A stretch of DNA of 62,766 nucleotides, the filler included, from Nemertoderma westbladi (taxonomy: Eukaryota > Animalia > Xenacoelomorpha), in assembly GCA_032718475.1 (NCBI GenBank). It is 3 parts of 3 records of this genome, joined end to end, with 100 filler letters (N's around TTAATTAATTAA, not from the genome) between each part and the next. Parts side by side here need not be neighbours in the genome. Positions count along the whole stretch, not along the records: positions 31,904 to 57,689 come from JAUCBJ010003822.1; 2 more parts are not named here. One strand, written 5' to 3'. Made by a program: the position numbers and the translations under genes. Of this stretch, positions 34,938 to 46,620 are shown one piece after another (positions within the stretch are counted from its first letter, which is position 1; every line of letters starts with the position of its first letter). The notes under the pieces are model-generated. The model was not told the origin of the DNA. It was given only the letters and a program-made list of their open reading frames with translations, and did not search any database.

Positions 34938-35710
34938 AGTTTATTATTGGTGTTGTGGGTGAATGAGTGGTTTCATATTATTATAACTTTTGTTGGGCAC
35001 AGCTTTTGCAAAGTCGGCAAATACGTCCAGGTGGTATCGAACTGGAGACCTCCGGGTTTGAAGTCTGACGCTCTAACCATTCAGCTAGCGGCTCAGGTAA
35101 AATATAGACCTGGAAATACTATCGGATATACCTTGTATGTCCGCAATTTACCTCCTTATGGCCTCCCATCTGTCATACCATCATATGCTGCCACTGTGCT
35201 CAACCCTACAGTACTTGGCTGTCTTGAACCACTCGCTGCGCTACAATGAAAGGGTTAGTGTATAATAACCATGAACCATCACGGCCACAATTATTAATTT
35301 TCCACTCTAGTTACTAATTTAGGTAGGACAGTCACACCCAGAGAGAATTGCGACCGGTATATTTATAGTTTATTATTGGTGTTAAGGGTGAATGAGTGGT
35401 TTCATATAATTAATACTTTTTGTTGGGCACAGCTTTCGGCAACGACGTCCAGGTGGGATCGAACTGGAGACCTCCGAGTTGGAAGTCTGACGCACTAGCT
35501 AGCAGCTTATGATGGTATTGACAGTTGGGAGGCCATGAGGAGATGAATTGCGGACATACAAGGTATCAGATAGTATTTCCAGGTCTATCTTTTACCTGAG
35601 CCGCTAGCTGAATGGTTAGAGCGTCAGACTTCCAACTCGGAGGTCTCCAGTTCGATCCCACGTGGACGTCTTTGCCGACTTTGCAAAAGCTGTGCCCAAC
35701 ATAAAGTTAT
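34938..35710. mobile_element. tRNA-containing non-autonomous retroelement with partial-tandem plus inverted architecture
   Basis: Unit about 34930-35357, direct partial repeat 35358-35492, and inverted copy 35501-35712 of 34981-35191. Flanked by AAGGATATTTAT at 34926-34937 and 35711-35722. A- and B-boxes TAGCTGAATGG and AGTTCGATCC. Confidence 0.65.
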
Positions 35711-36142
35711 AAGGATATTTATGGCACAGAATCAGGGTTCGATTACGAACCAAATGTTCGGTGTGCAACAGCAATCGTCCTCCTCTCAAGGACTCCCACA
35801 AACCAGTCAGAGTATTGTTCCTTAATCATAACCAAATTTGGGCTATGGCCTGGCATATCAGGTCCGTTCATAAGATATCAGTAACTTTTGTTAACAGGAA
35901 ATAATATGGCTGGCTATGTTAAGGGAAATTCGCCCAGAAGGGATGTAAAGCGATAGAAGTTTCGGAAGAGTCGAATCAGGAAATTGAGAAAGTCCGTGAA
36001 TCAATGCACCCTGCCGTCATCCCTTATTGTTTATGACTAAAGAGACGATTCTTTTGATCTTAGGGGAGATTTATAAATTACTAAGTAATTTACACTACAG
36101 TGTTATAATTTTCGTATCTCATCTTTGTTTGCTTTATTTATT

Positions 36143-36584
36143 GAAAAACGCACACTGTCACCAAAACAGTAAATAATTGAATAATGATTAATTTTTACTC
36201 ATCGAATAAATTAAGCTAATTAGAAAACTGTCTCTATACTGTAGGTTTGCTTGGCAGCCCAGCACCGTCCTCAAACCCCTGCCCACTTCTCCACTTCACC
36301 CGCGAGCCCCGTAGGCAATGGGAGGCCCCGCGTATTATCGCGAACTGGACGCGAGTTCGGACCCAGCCCATCGTGGTGCTGAAAGGTCGCCCCCAGGAAC
36401 GGTGCAGCCTATCAGCCAAGATACGGAGGAGGTGGTTTGCCTGCGGAGCGAGTACGCCGTCACAGGACGCAACAAACGGGGAGAAGTCGCCCCGTCGTGC
36501 CGTCACTGCTTCCGCGTACAGCCGCTTCTTTTGGTCTTCGGCCGACTCGAGGATAGACATTGGGGTGCGACCCACATAGGACCC
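36143..36584 (-). mobile_element. 5'-truncated CRE-clade non-LTR retrotransposon (restriction-like endonuclease C-terminus)
   Basis: AEDQKKRLY…FSPFVASCDG…LADRL…W…MGWVRTRVQFAIIRGASHCLRGSR. 14-bp TSD TTGCTTTATTTATT at 36129-36142 and 36585-36598. Confidence 0.8.
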
Positions 36585-36799
36585 TTGCTTTATTTATTAC
36601 GTTTTTGTTTAAATGAGTTTGTATGCCATATGGCAGGCCTATTAATATACCTGGTGCACCAGCCAGTACAGGTACGCTACTGGATTCTCACCCGCTTTAT
36701 TTAGTAATACATTATGATAATACAGTAATAAAAAAATAGAATATTTATATTCCAAGGGCCTACGTGATGGCTTCCTAACGAGTTACATCATCATGGATT

Positions 36800-37020
36800 A
36801 TTTCTCAACAACACAATAATGAGCTTATTTCTCAACAACTCATCAAATATTCTATTGTTTTTCTACAACACAACAATGCTATTGTTTCTCAACAACTCAT
36901 CAAATATTCTATTGTTTTTCTACAACACAACAATGCCAATGTTTCTCAGCAACTCAACTATGCTATTGCTTCTCCACAACTCAACATGAGCTTATTTCTG
37001 AACATTACAACAATGTTATG
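36800..37020. repeat. Degenerate tandem repeat (TTTCTCAACAAC core)
   Basis: Recurring TTTCTCAACAAC…TATTG units of about 28-30 bp. Confidence 0.6.
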
Positions 37021-38366
37021 GTTCATCATCACTAACTCAACCATGTCATTTTTAATAATCAAAATGGGGAAATTCGACGCAAATAACAGATGATTACTCT
37101 CAATAATAAAACTGTAAGCTGTTCTATTGTGTTTAGTTTATTGTTTTGGTTAAAATAACGTGCCACTGTAACCTGCTACTTTCCCTAAATTGATAATTTA
37201 ACATTGAGGCGGGATATTAATTCACCAAGGCGGGTTTTGAGGTCAGTTTCCCCCCTGTCTCAAAAAATTACCCTGGCTATAGCAGGTATCAAAACCATAA
37301 AATAAGATCATATTTTTTTAAAAATTGAAAAGTGTTTACTTTTGATACACGTTAGGTCAGTTGTAATCAGAAGAAAATTATATAATTTTTCTCGGGTTGG
37401 CTTTTTTGGGACACTTTCTCTATCTGCTTTTTAACTTCTCAAAATTAATTGTGTTGAAAGAAATTTTTGAAAGGAATTTTTGAAAGGAATTTTTTTTTAA
37501 AATATATCTTTGTTTTAAAATTACCCGAAAATAGAAAATTTAGCGATTTTTTACACAGAAAGCCATAACTTTTTTACAACAAAACTTCAAAGGGTTGCTG
37601 TTTTTTTATTATTATTATTCCGGAATGCGTATCATTACTTTTTCATTATTCCGGCTTACAAGGTAATTATTACTCCATTCTATATCTGCCATTAATAGAG
37701 ATAGTGATAGACACAAACTAGCTGTGCATGATATCGCTTTCACTGTCCATTATTTAATCTGTGCATACTACATAATTATTAATTGACATTTTGAAGAATT
37801 TTAAGGTGAAAGGTTCACGTTCAAAACCAGGGTAGCCTATAAATAACATAATGTAAGGGAGAGGGTTGGGATCTGCGCGCCACTTTGTACAAAATAGAGA
37901 AAGATTAAGCCTATTTCGTGAGGTCTGAGATGTAAATAATTACATCGAAGCATAGGAAGGGAGATTTGTACCAAAATGTGACCAAACGGAGAACAAATGG
38001 TGGCGTCATTTATAACGGCTTCTATTTATATACGACGTGTAAAGAGATTTATAATATCCGGTTCAAAATGAAATTGGTAAGATGAAAAGGAGAAAAAAGT
38101 TGATCCGCACAAAAAATACATCTTATATTTAAGAAAAATATTTGTAACCCCGGTTATCTGTCAGTTGTTACCTTACAGATATGGAGATTTAGTGACATCT
38201 TTAGGAACTGACTACGTACGTTTTATGTACAATAATACAAATGAGTGACTGAGTGACGATTGATAGCGTAAACTACAGAATACACAACTCCAGTAAACAC
38301 TGCGGGCACATATTGTATGTGCATTACCGTATACAAACTGAATAGACCTATACTATAGTATTACTG

Positions 38367-39131
38367 CTAGTATTCTCTTCCGCTATCATCAATAATTTTT
38401 GCTTTAGTATCACTTTCAACAGTATCAGCTGTACCGGTATCAGCTACAACAGTACCGGACTCAGTTCCATCTGTATCAATTTCTCGATCTGAACATTTAG
38501 TTTCCGCGCTAACTTTCCCTTTAGCCTCGACCTCCTCCACTGATCCATTAGGCTCCCCCTTTTCTCCACTAACAACTCCATTCTCTCCCCTCCCAACAGA
38601 CAACTCTTGAATCTTACTAACAATCTCCTCGCTACCATCTCCCCGCTCTACGACTTTACCGGAATCGATAACCGACTGCTCGAATACCACGCGGAAGCGA
38701 TCAGCAATCCCGGAATCCTTGAACCGAATGGCCAACGTCTCTGGTTTGGGTTTCTCGTCTGCGTAATCAGCGTTGACACTCCAGACCCAGGCCTTATCGC
38801 TGCCGGCACTGCGTGCTAAACCCATCCCCTTTACGATGAAGTGGTTGGCGCACAACTTACGAGTCTTCTCTCGACGCATTAGGAAGCGAACTCTCTGCGT
38901 GATTCGGTGCCGGAGGAGTTTAACTTCCCCGACCCCGCGATCTTTCCATTCTTGCCCGTCGTCATGATCACCTTGGATGTACCGGTAGAGTTTTCCCCGC
39001 TGTTGGAATAGAATCTCTTCGTCTTCCTCTAATGTTTTTGTTTCTATCTGGGGTAAACTGACTATTGGTTCGAATATTATAGATTCGTTTTCTTTTTCAA
39101 CAGAAGCGATATCGTCCTGGACTTCAGCCAT
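38367..39131 (-). CDS. RANBP1: Ran-specific GTPase-activating/Ran-binding protein 1, single-exon ORF, 254 aa
   Basis: RanBD motifs FEPIVSLP, TLEEDEE.LF, KLYRY, EWKDRGVGEVKLL, LMRREKTRKLCANH, AGSDKAWVW, DYADE, LAIRF. NES-like IVSKIQELSV. Intact ATG to TAG. Confidence 0.92.
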   Translation of the reverse strand: MAEVQDDIASVEKENESIIFEPIVSLPQIETKTLEEDEEILFQQRGKLYRYIQGDHDDGQEWKDRGVGEVKLLRHRITQRVRFLMRREKTRKLCANHFIVKGMGLARSAGSDKAWVWSVNADYADEKPKPETLAIRFKDSGIADRFRVVFEQSVIDSGKVVERGDGSEEIVSKIQELSVGRGENGVVSGEKGEPNGSVEEVEAKGKVSAETKCSDREIDTDGTESGTVVADTGTADTVESDTKAKIIDDSGREY

Positions 39132-39755
39132 ATTCTGTAGTCAGGTACGGTAGTACTGTCAGACTGTAGTACAGTAGTATTCCAGTATTCTGGAATTAAG
39201 TGCAGAAGCGATTATTATATATCTGTTCTGTAGGCCTACAGCTGTATACTGCAAGCAGTACTGGACTGGAATCTCAGTATCTGGGTATACTGGTATGGTT
39301 TGGGTATATGTCAGTATGTTATGTTATAGGCCTACTGGCCTATTATGTACAGATGTACGTAGGCCTACTGTGTACTGCGTACGCTGACACCACAACCACA
39401 CCTCCTATTTCAGTACCGGTACCGGTAAATTTAACAGTTGTAACATTTACAGTCGTAAAGTAGGCCTACAGACATGAGAGTAAAAACTCAAGGGGTATAA
39501 CTTTTGCGTGAACATCCAATAAGCCTGTTTATGAATGCTTTCAGTGGTTGCCATCAATTCTGGCCACAACTAACTCTGAAACTGCAGCTAAAATTCTCAC
39601 AGATGAATTAACTAACACACTTGACCTAATTGCACCAATTAGGAGCATCCCATCAAGCAATCAACTGAGTCATGGATCACCCCTGAAATCATGTCATTGA
39701 TTCAGGCTAGAAATAGAGCCCAATACATTTTCCATCACCATAAGAACGCCACCTA

Positions 39756-41752
39756 ACAAGTCCCTAAAAGGTGCCACCCTGCTCCATAGCGCGGGAAATT
39801 CAAATGATTGAAAGACATGTAATTTGTACTGGAAGGGGAGGGGTGGCAGATCAGATCTGCCACCTATATTTTGGCGGTAAATTCAAATTTAACATTGAAT
39901 ATAATATGAATACAGTAAGACTAATGTAATTCATTGAATCAGAATAAATTAATTCTTATCGGTTTAACTCACTCATCCGTTATTGTTGTTATTTTATCTA
40001 TTCTGGGACTTCCAGCAGCACGTGAATAAATAAACCAGCACGTTAACTAGTCTGGGACTTCGAGCAGCACGTGAACAACTAAGCTGACTGGTTAACTAGT
40101 CTGGGACTTCGAGCAGCACGTGAAGAACTAAGCTGACTGGTTAACTAGTATGGGGGTTCGAGCAGCACGTGAACAACTAAGCTGACTGGTTAACTAGACT
40201 TGGGCTTCGAGCAGCACGTGAACAACTAAGCTGACTAGTTAACTAGTATGGGGGTTCGAGCAGCACGTGAACAACTAAGCTGACTGGTTAACTAGTCTGG
40301 GGGTTCGAGCAGCACGTGAACAACTAAGCTGACTGGTTAACTAGTCTGGGACTTCGAGCAGCACGTGAACAACTAAGCTGACTGTTTAACTAGTATTGGG
40401 GTTCGAGCAGCACGTGAACAACTAAGCTGACTGTTTAACTAGACTTGGGCTTCGAGCAGTACGTGAACAACTAAGCTGACTAGTTAACTAGTATGGGGGT
40501 TCGAGCAGCACGTGAACAACTAAGCTGACTGGTTAACTAGTATGGGGGTTCGAGCAGCACGTGAACAACTAAGCTGACTGGTTAACTACACTGGGACTTC
40601 GACCGTTCGAGCAAAATTGAGGAGGGGGGGGGGGGGGGGGGGGGGTCGGGGGATTTGGCTTAACTTCTATCCCAGTAAAATGTAAAGAACATTTATTATT
40701 TGCTTGTATCAGTTATAATTACATCAGAACATTATAGTTATAACAATTATACACTTATACCTAGTATATTAATAGTAAATTTCAAGTAGATAGATGATAG
40801 AAAGGCCCAGTGAATTGATATATTTTTGGCGGTTAATTCTAATTACAGAATTATAATATATTCATTTCCATTACAAACTGTACACAGTGTGTTGCAGTAT
40901 GTACGTGGGTACGTACTAAAAGGTCAAGGAGCTAGAGCTGTAGACTTCATACTGTAGTGGGGTAGTAGGCCTACAGACATATTATCTTATTTAAGTCTAC
41001 TAAGAAATATTGCGTAATGTAGGTAATTCATAAGAAATATATACAGCTGCTGTACAGCAGAGAATTGATAGTAAAATATATCGCAGGTAGGCCTACTGTA
41101 ATAACAATAGGTGTATAATGCCTCTGCATATACTGCTATATTTGGCTATGACATATAATATGATAAAATATTATTATGAATGAACATTCTTATTCTTAGT
41201 AACTCGTGACAAAATACAATGCGCTACTAACTCAGAAACTGTAATCCTAAATGCGGAACTTAAACCGAAACAGGGTAAAATGTGGACTTTGTAGTGACAC
41301 ATTTGGCAGTCAGTGCGATATAATTTCTCATGTACAAGCAAATCACGGTATTGCATGTTCAGTACAAACGGTAATTCGGTTATTCAACAATTAACAAACG
41401 GTTATTCAACGTCCATTTTTAGTTATTAGCATGACGGTAATACAAATTACGCAAGGTGAACCTATACTACATTCACAATTTTCTATTCATTCACTAAATA
41501 TAACGAAAATTGAACGTTCATTTAATCCATGGTACGTTCAGTTAACTATATTATTTGCTACATGGGTTACTCTATTCATATTTTCAATGTTAAAACAGAT
41601 TTTATATATTCAATGTTAAAACAGATTTGAATTTACCGCCAAAATATAGGTGGCAGATCTGACCTGCCACCCTTTCCAGTACAAATTGCATGTCTTTCAA
41701 TCATTTGAATTTCCCGCGCTATGGAGCAGGGTGGCACCTTTTAGGGACTTGT
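39756..41752. mobile_element. Non-autonomous DNA transposon with about 135-bp TIRs and 9-bp TSD (MULE-like)
   Basis: Ends ACAAGTCCCTAAAAGGTGCCACCCTGCTCCATAG… / …GCACCTTTTAGGGACTTGT. TSD CGCCACCTA at 39747-39755 and 41753-41761. Confidence 0.85.
40003..40602. repeat. 49-bp tandem array, 12 copies, inside the MULE-like element
   Basis: Core TTCGAGCAGCACGTGAACAACTAAGCTGACTGGTTAACTAG plus a variable segment of about 8 nt. Exact 49-bp period from 40003 to 40591. Confidence 0.92.
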
Positions 41753-42209
41753 CGCCACCTAACTACAACTCTTACAAACGCCTACGCAACGATGTTACAT
41801 TACAAATTACAGTAGATCTGCTAAATCTTCCTATATCAAAACCTGTCTGGAATCCATTTAATGCAACATCAAAGAACTCTGGAAAGAACTAAAGTCGCTG
41901 GGGGCACCCGCTGTTGTGACGACAACTCAGCGAGACCATTGCTCTTGGCATTTAACAATCCGGAAGAGGCTAATCTAGTCATCTCCCGCAGAAATTTTAC
42001 CGTCAGAGATACAACGTACTACTTCGATAAGGACTTGTCAAAAGCAGAAAGAGAGGCAGAATACTAAGCTCGACAGAAAAGACGCACTCTAAGAGAGCAA
42101 AGGACAACAGAATTGCAAACAACAAGGGAACAGCCAATGACAACGGAACTGCCCATTGCGGAGCGTGTCGATTGACGGTCGACCTTATTATTCGACAATA
42201 CTCCTCCTC

Positions 42210-42827
42210 CATGGACATCGGCAGCGCCATCTGTACCTCCTTGGACCCGGACAGCGCCGTCCATACCTACTCGGACCCCGACAGCGCCGTCCGTACCTAC
42301 TAGGATCACGGCACCGCTGTCAGTAATTCCTCGGACCCTGACGGCACCGTCCTTACCTTCTCAGACCATGGCAACGTCTTCCGTACCTCCTCGGACCACG
42401 GCTGCGCTGTCCATAACTCCTCGGCCCACGGCAGCGCCGTCCGAACCTCCTCGGACCCCGACATTGCCGTCCATACCTACTCGGACCCCGACAGCGCCGT
42501 CCATACCTCCTTGGACCCTGGCAGCGCCGTCCGTACCTACTAGGATCACGGCACCACCGTCAGTAATTCCTCGGACCCCGACAGCGCCGTCCATACCTCC
42601 TCGGACCCCGGCAGCGCCGTCCGTACCTACTAGGATCACGGCACCACCGTCAGTAATTCCTCGGACCCCGACAGCGCCGTCCTTACCTTCTCAGACCACC
42701 GCAGCGTCTTCCGTACCTCCTCGGACCACGGCAGCGCTGTCCATAACTCCTCGGCCAACGGCAGCGCCGTCCGAACCTCCTCGGACCCCGACATTGCCAT
42801 CCATACCTCCTCGGACCACGGCAGCCA
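42210..42827 (+). repeat. 33-bp coding tandem repeat (11-aa Pro/Thr-rich unit) in the LINE ORF2 leader
   Basis: About 19 units of CCTCGGACCCCGACAGCGCCGTCCATACCT type, in frame with the endonuclease. Confidence 0.9.
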
Positions 42828-43242
42828 CAAGACTAGGACTATCTCCTACAAACTGCTACAGTTGGCTCGATATGTTTTCTACATCTGGAATTCATACTAT
42901 ACACCTCAATGTGCGCAGTCTTACGAGCAAGCTTGCTGAGCTCAAGATTATCCTCGAACTAAAAACAATAGACATTCTAGCAATTACTGAGACATGGCTT
43001 GATGACAGCATCACTGATCAGGAAATTAGTATTAATGGGTACAATTTTATCAGGCGAGATCGCAATAGAAATGGAGGCGGAGTAGGTGCCTACATCAATA
43101 ATGATATAGTTTCAAATTCCAACACGTTGATGAGCAAACTGTTGCTAAAAAACTATCTACCCTAAAGATAGATAAAAGTCCAGGACTAGATGGCCTAACA
43201 CCAAGCTTCCTTAGGGATTGTGGAGAAACCATCGCAGGGCCT

Positions 43243-44763
43243 ATGACTCATTTAATCAACCTATCATTTTCCCAGTCAAAATTTCCAAAAGCCTTCAAAA
43301 TAGCAAGGGTTAATCCGGTATATAAGAAGGAAACGCACCTAGAGCGTGGGAATTATCGACCTGTGTCACTCTTAGCTGTCCTATCAAAGGTAATTGAGGG
43401 GATCGCATATGATCAAATGACTGAGTATATCATTAACAATAATCTGTATGATCCACTACAGTCTGGCTACAGGAAGGGTTACTCGCCTGAGACATGTCTG
43501 TTATATCTGTCTAATCATATACGAGAGGCTATGGATGACGGTAAATACACAGGAGTTGTCTTCATCGACCTGCGAAAGGCCTTCGATACTGTGAACCACG
43601 AGCGGCTGCTAGCGAAACTCGTACTCATTGGTCTCTCTCCAGAAACAGTGGCCTGGTTTCGATCCTACCTGGAACACCGAATGCAGACAGTGACTATTGG
43701 AAATGTGTCTTCAGAGTATATGGCTATAACATGTGGGGTGCCGCAAGGAAGTTTATTAGCAGTTCTACTGTACATTATCTACATAAATGACATGAACATC
43801 GCAACTAAGGACTATGTGGAACCTATTTCAACTAGCCCTTCTACATCTACGATAGCAACTGCTTCCATTGAACCGAACTGTATATCAATGAAATTGGCCG
43901 ACGATGCGAACCTCACGGTCTCTCATTCCAATATACCGATGATAGCCGGTCAGCTTAGCAAACAATTAACCAGGGTCTACTGGTGGGCCGTGGACAATAA
44001 ACTTAGCCTCAACTTTAAGAAGACGGAATGTATCTTGTTTGGGACTCCCCAGCGATTAGCCTCCGCATCTGAACTCATTGTACACTGCAATAATATCCCT
44101 ATATGCCAAGTTTCTGAAGTAAAGTACCTCGGCTGCTGCATGAACCAATATCTTTCTGGTGACGTCATGGTGTTGAAGATAATAAAAAAAGGCAATGCGA
44201 CGTTGCGCTTTATGTATCGCTTTGGTGGGTCCCTGAACCGCTACACAAAGCGTCTATTATGTAACTCCTTGATCCAACCTCACCTCGACTTCATGTCAGC
44301 ATGCTGGTACTTCAGTTCGTCCACTCACTTGCAGGGTAAACTCCGAGCGTTACAGAGAAAATGTGTGCGATTTTGTCTTGATCTCGACCGGCGTGCTCAC
44401 GTATCTGTTGCACACTTCAAAGAGTTATCGTGGCTACCTGTGGAATATCGCATTGAACAGTTGCTTGTAACGATGATGTACAAAATTTACCGCGGAATAG
44501 CGCCTACTTACCTAAGCGAAATCGTCTCCTTCTCCGAGGGTCACTCTGGGCTGCGATCGGGAGGCGAGAACCGGGCCGTCATACCTCGTCGTAACCTGGT
44601 TAGAGGGTGCAGTTCCTTTTTGTACCGCGGGGCCGTTGGTTGGAACGGTCTACCATTGGTTACTCGCAGCTGTGAAACTCTGGAAACTTTCAAACACTCT
44701 GTAAAAAGATACCTTTTGTCAATGGCAGCTGAAAATGAAAATAATGACTACTTTTTTATTTAA
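43243..44763 (+). CDS. LINE reverse transcriptase domain and C-terminus (probably non-functional)
   Basis: NYRPVSLL, QSGYR, IDLRKAFDTVNH, GVPQGSLL, LADD, KYLG. Confidence 0.85.
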   Translation: MTHLINLSFSQSKFPKAFKIARVNPVYKKETHLERGNYRPVSLLAVLSKVIEGIAYDQMTEYIINNNLYDPLQSGYRKGYSPETCLLYLSNHIREAMDDGKYTGVVFIDLRKAFDTVNHERLLAKLVLIGLSPETVAWFRSYLEHRMQTVTIGNVSSEYMAITCGVPQGSLLAVLLYIIYINDMNIATKDYVEPISTSPSTSTIATASIEPNCISMKLADDANLTVSHSNIPMIAGQLSKQLTRVYWWAVDNKLSLNFKKTECILFGTPQRLASASELIVHCNNIPICQVSEVKYLGCCMNQYLSGDVMVLKIIKKGNATLRFMYRFGGSLNRYTKRLLCNSLIQPHLDFMSACWYFSSSTHLQGKLRALQRKCVRFCLDLDRRAHVSVAHFKELSWLPVEYRIEQLLVTMMYKIYRGIAPTYLSEIVSFSEGHSGLRSGGENRAVIPRRNLVRGCSSFLYRGAVGWNGLPLVTRSCETLETFKHSVKRYLLSMAAENENNDYFFI

Positions 44764-46309
44764 AATTCAATAACAGATTATTAGATTATTAGAATAACTT
44801 TAACCATTAAAACTCTTTTTTAAATATTTTAAGATTTTAATTCAATTCGCTTTAACTTAAATAAATAAATTTTAGTAAAGCGACGATAGTGTATGTATGT
44901 ATCTATATTTTATGTCAACTTACATGTCAACTATATTTTTTAGAATGATTTTCAAACGATTTTATAAATTTTTAGAAAATTTAACCAAAAAGACCTTTTA
45001 CATTTATTAGATTTTTAATAGTATCGTAATCGTGAATATTCTTATTAGTTTGTTTATTTACGTTTTTAACATTATGTTGGACTTAACTGATACATTCGGG
45101 GACCTTCATGGAAACGAGTTCAATAACTCATGAGGTTATCCCCGCGCAGCTCGATGTAACCACTAAATAAATAAGTGCTGTTAATATTTATGGATGATAT
45201 TTAATTAATTGGTGTTTATGTCATAATTAACCATAACCATATATTTAACTATTGCGCAATAAACAATCTCAATCTCAACCTTCAAAAAACGCCAAAACCT
45301 CGACCAAAATAGCAGCCATCAAAACTGAGGATGGTTCCTTTGGCTACTGATCCTGAAGTTATTGCAAATCATATGAACCATTATTTTACCAACGCTGCCA
45401 AAAACCTTGTACACAAACTACCACAACAACCAAATATTTACAATAAGGAGTAGCTGTTAAAGAGTTCTATGCTGCAAAAGGAATCCAACCAGGCAGAAAG
45501 TTTTAGAAAGTTTTAGAAAAAACTGTGTTCGATCAACTTATGCCCTATTTAATGTCTAACAACATACTAGATTTACTACAATCCGGCTTTCGACCTGGTC
45601 ACTCAGTGCAAACCTGCTTAATGTATCTGGACAATATCATCCGCGATGCTATGGATTCTGGGAAAATAGTCGGGATGGTTTGCCATTGACTTCCAAAAAG
45701 CGTTCGACACGGTCGACCACAACATTCTGCTTCACAAGTTGAGGTGTATTGGCCTCTGGATGAACATAGCGTTAACTGGTTCCGATCATACCTATCTGGC
45801 AGATCCCAGTTTGTCCATGTAGGAAACTCTCGTTCTAGAACTCTTGGAATTGACTGCGGTACTCCTCAAGGAGCCACTAGCTGTCCTCTTATTCCTGATC
45901 TATATGAACGATTTAGACCTCGCCTTGCCTCCTGTCCAACCCTTGTCGAAAACGGCATCCCAGATTAATGGCGTCAATAATAGCATCCCAGGAAAAACTG
46001 CCTGCCACAAATCCGCCACTGCACTGAAGTATGCTGACGATACCAACCTCATCAAAGCCGGGGACAGCTGTGAAGAAATTTCTGCATGCCTTACTGAAAC
46101 TCTGTCGCGCGTAGCTGATTAGGCAGTTGATAATCGCCTCAGTATACACCCCGGGAAATTCGAGGTTCTCCTTTTTGGAACGCACCAATGCATTGCATCA
46201 GCCGGAAGCCTTGAAGTCTACTCCAAAAACAAACTACTCGAACCAACAGATACCGTAAAGTACTTGGGATACGTGATGGATCCAACCTTATCCGGATCAG
46301 AGTCCGGCA

Positions 46310-46438
46310 TGACGTATATGAGTAGGGGGGTTTGGTGAACTTAGTATGACGTATATTAATGGTGTTGATATAAGTAAGGAAATAGAACAAACCAAGCATT
46401 AGGCCTAGGTGTACTGTAAATAGCAGAAGTACTACACA
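46310..46438 (-). repeat. 3' LTR (129 bp)
   Basis: Base-for-base identical to 51121-51249. Confidence 0.95.
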
Positions 46439-46620
46439 TACTTCTTTCCTGTATTGTTTTTGGTTGCCTAGCAACGATACACTATGTTGCTGAGTTACAG
46501 TGCTAGGATACCAATACAGCTAAACTTGATTGCTTTTACAGCACTAGAGCAAGAATATAGTATTTATATTGTAGATATAATTCAATGGGTCTCCCTGTCT
46601 CCCGATTGTGTATTTCACAA

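Larger units (their letters stand above)
41909..45277 (+). mobile_element. 5'-truncated, internally deleted CR1/L2-group LINE inserted in a related LINE
   Basis: ORF1 tail (RPLLLAF…DLSKAER). APE N-terminus (HLNVRSL, ITETWL, RRDRNRNGGGV) jumps to the pre-RT region at about 43110. 3' hairpin at 45098-45143 and AATAAA(CAATCT)n tail. The host frame rejoins as LGAP|SKNAK. Confidence 0.85.

Noticed and set aside
35025-35095. tRNA gene with TCA anticodon (Sec or opal suppressor)
   Set aside because: The acceptor and anticodon stems do not pair, there is no long variable arm, and the sister copies read TCC. It is tRNA-derived repeat sequence.
40003-40602. CRISPR-like appearance of the 49-bp array
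   Set aside because: The variable part is only about 8 nt and recurs, there are no unique spacers or cas genes, and the context is eukaryotic.
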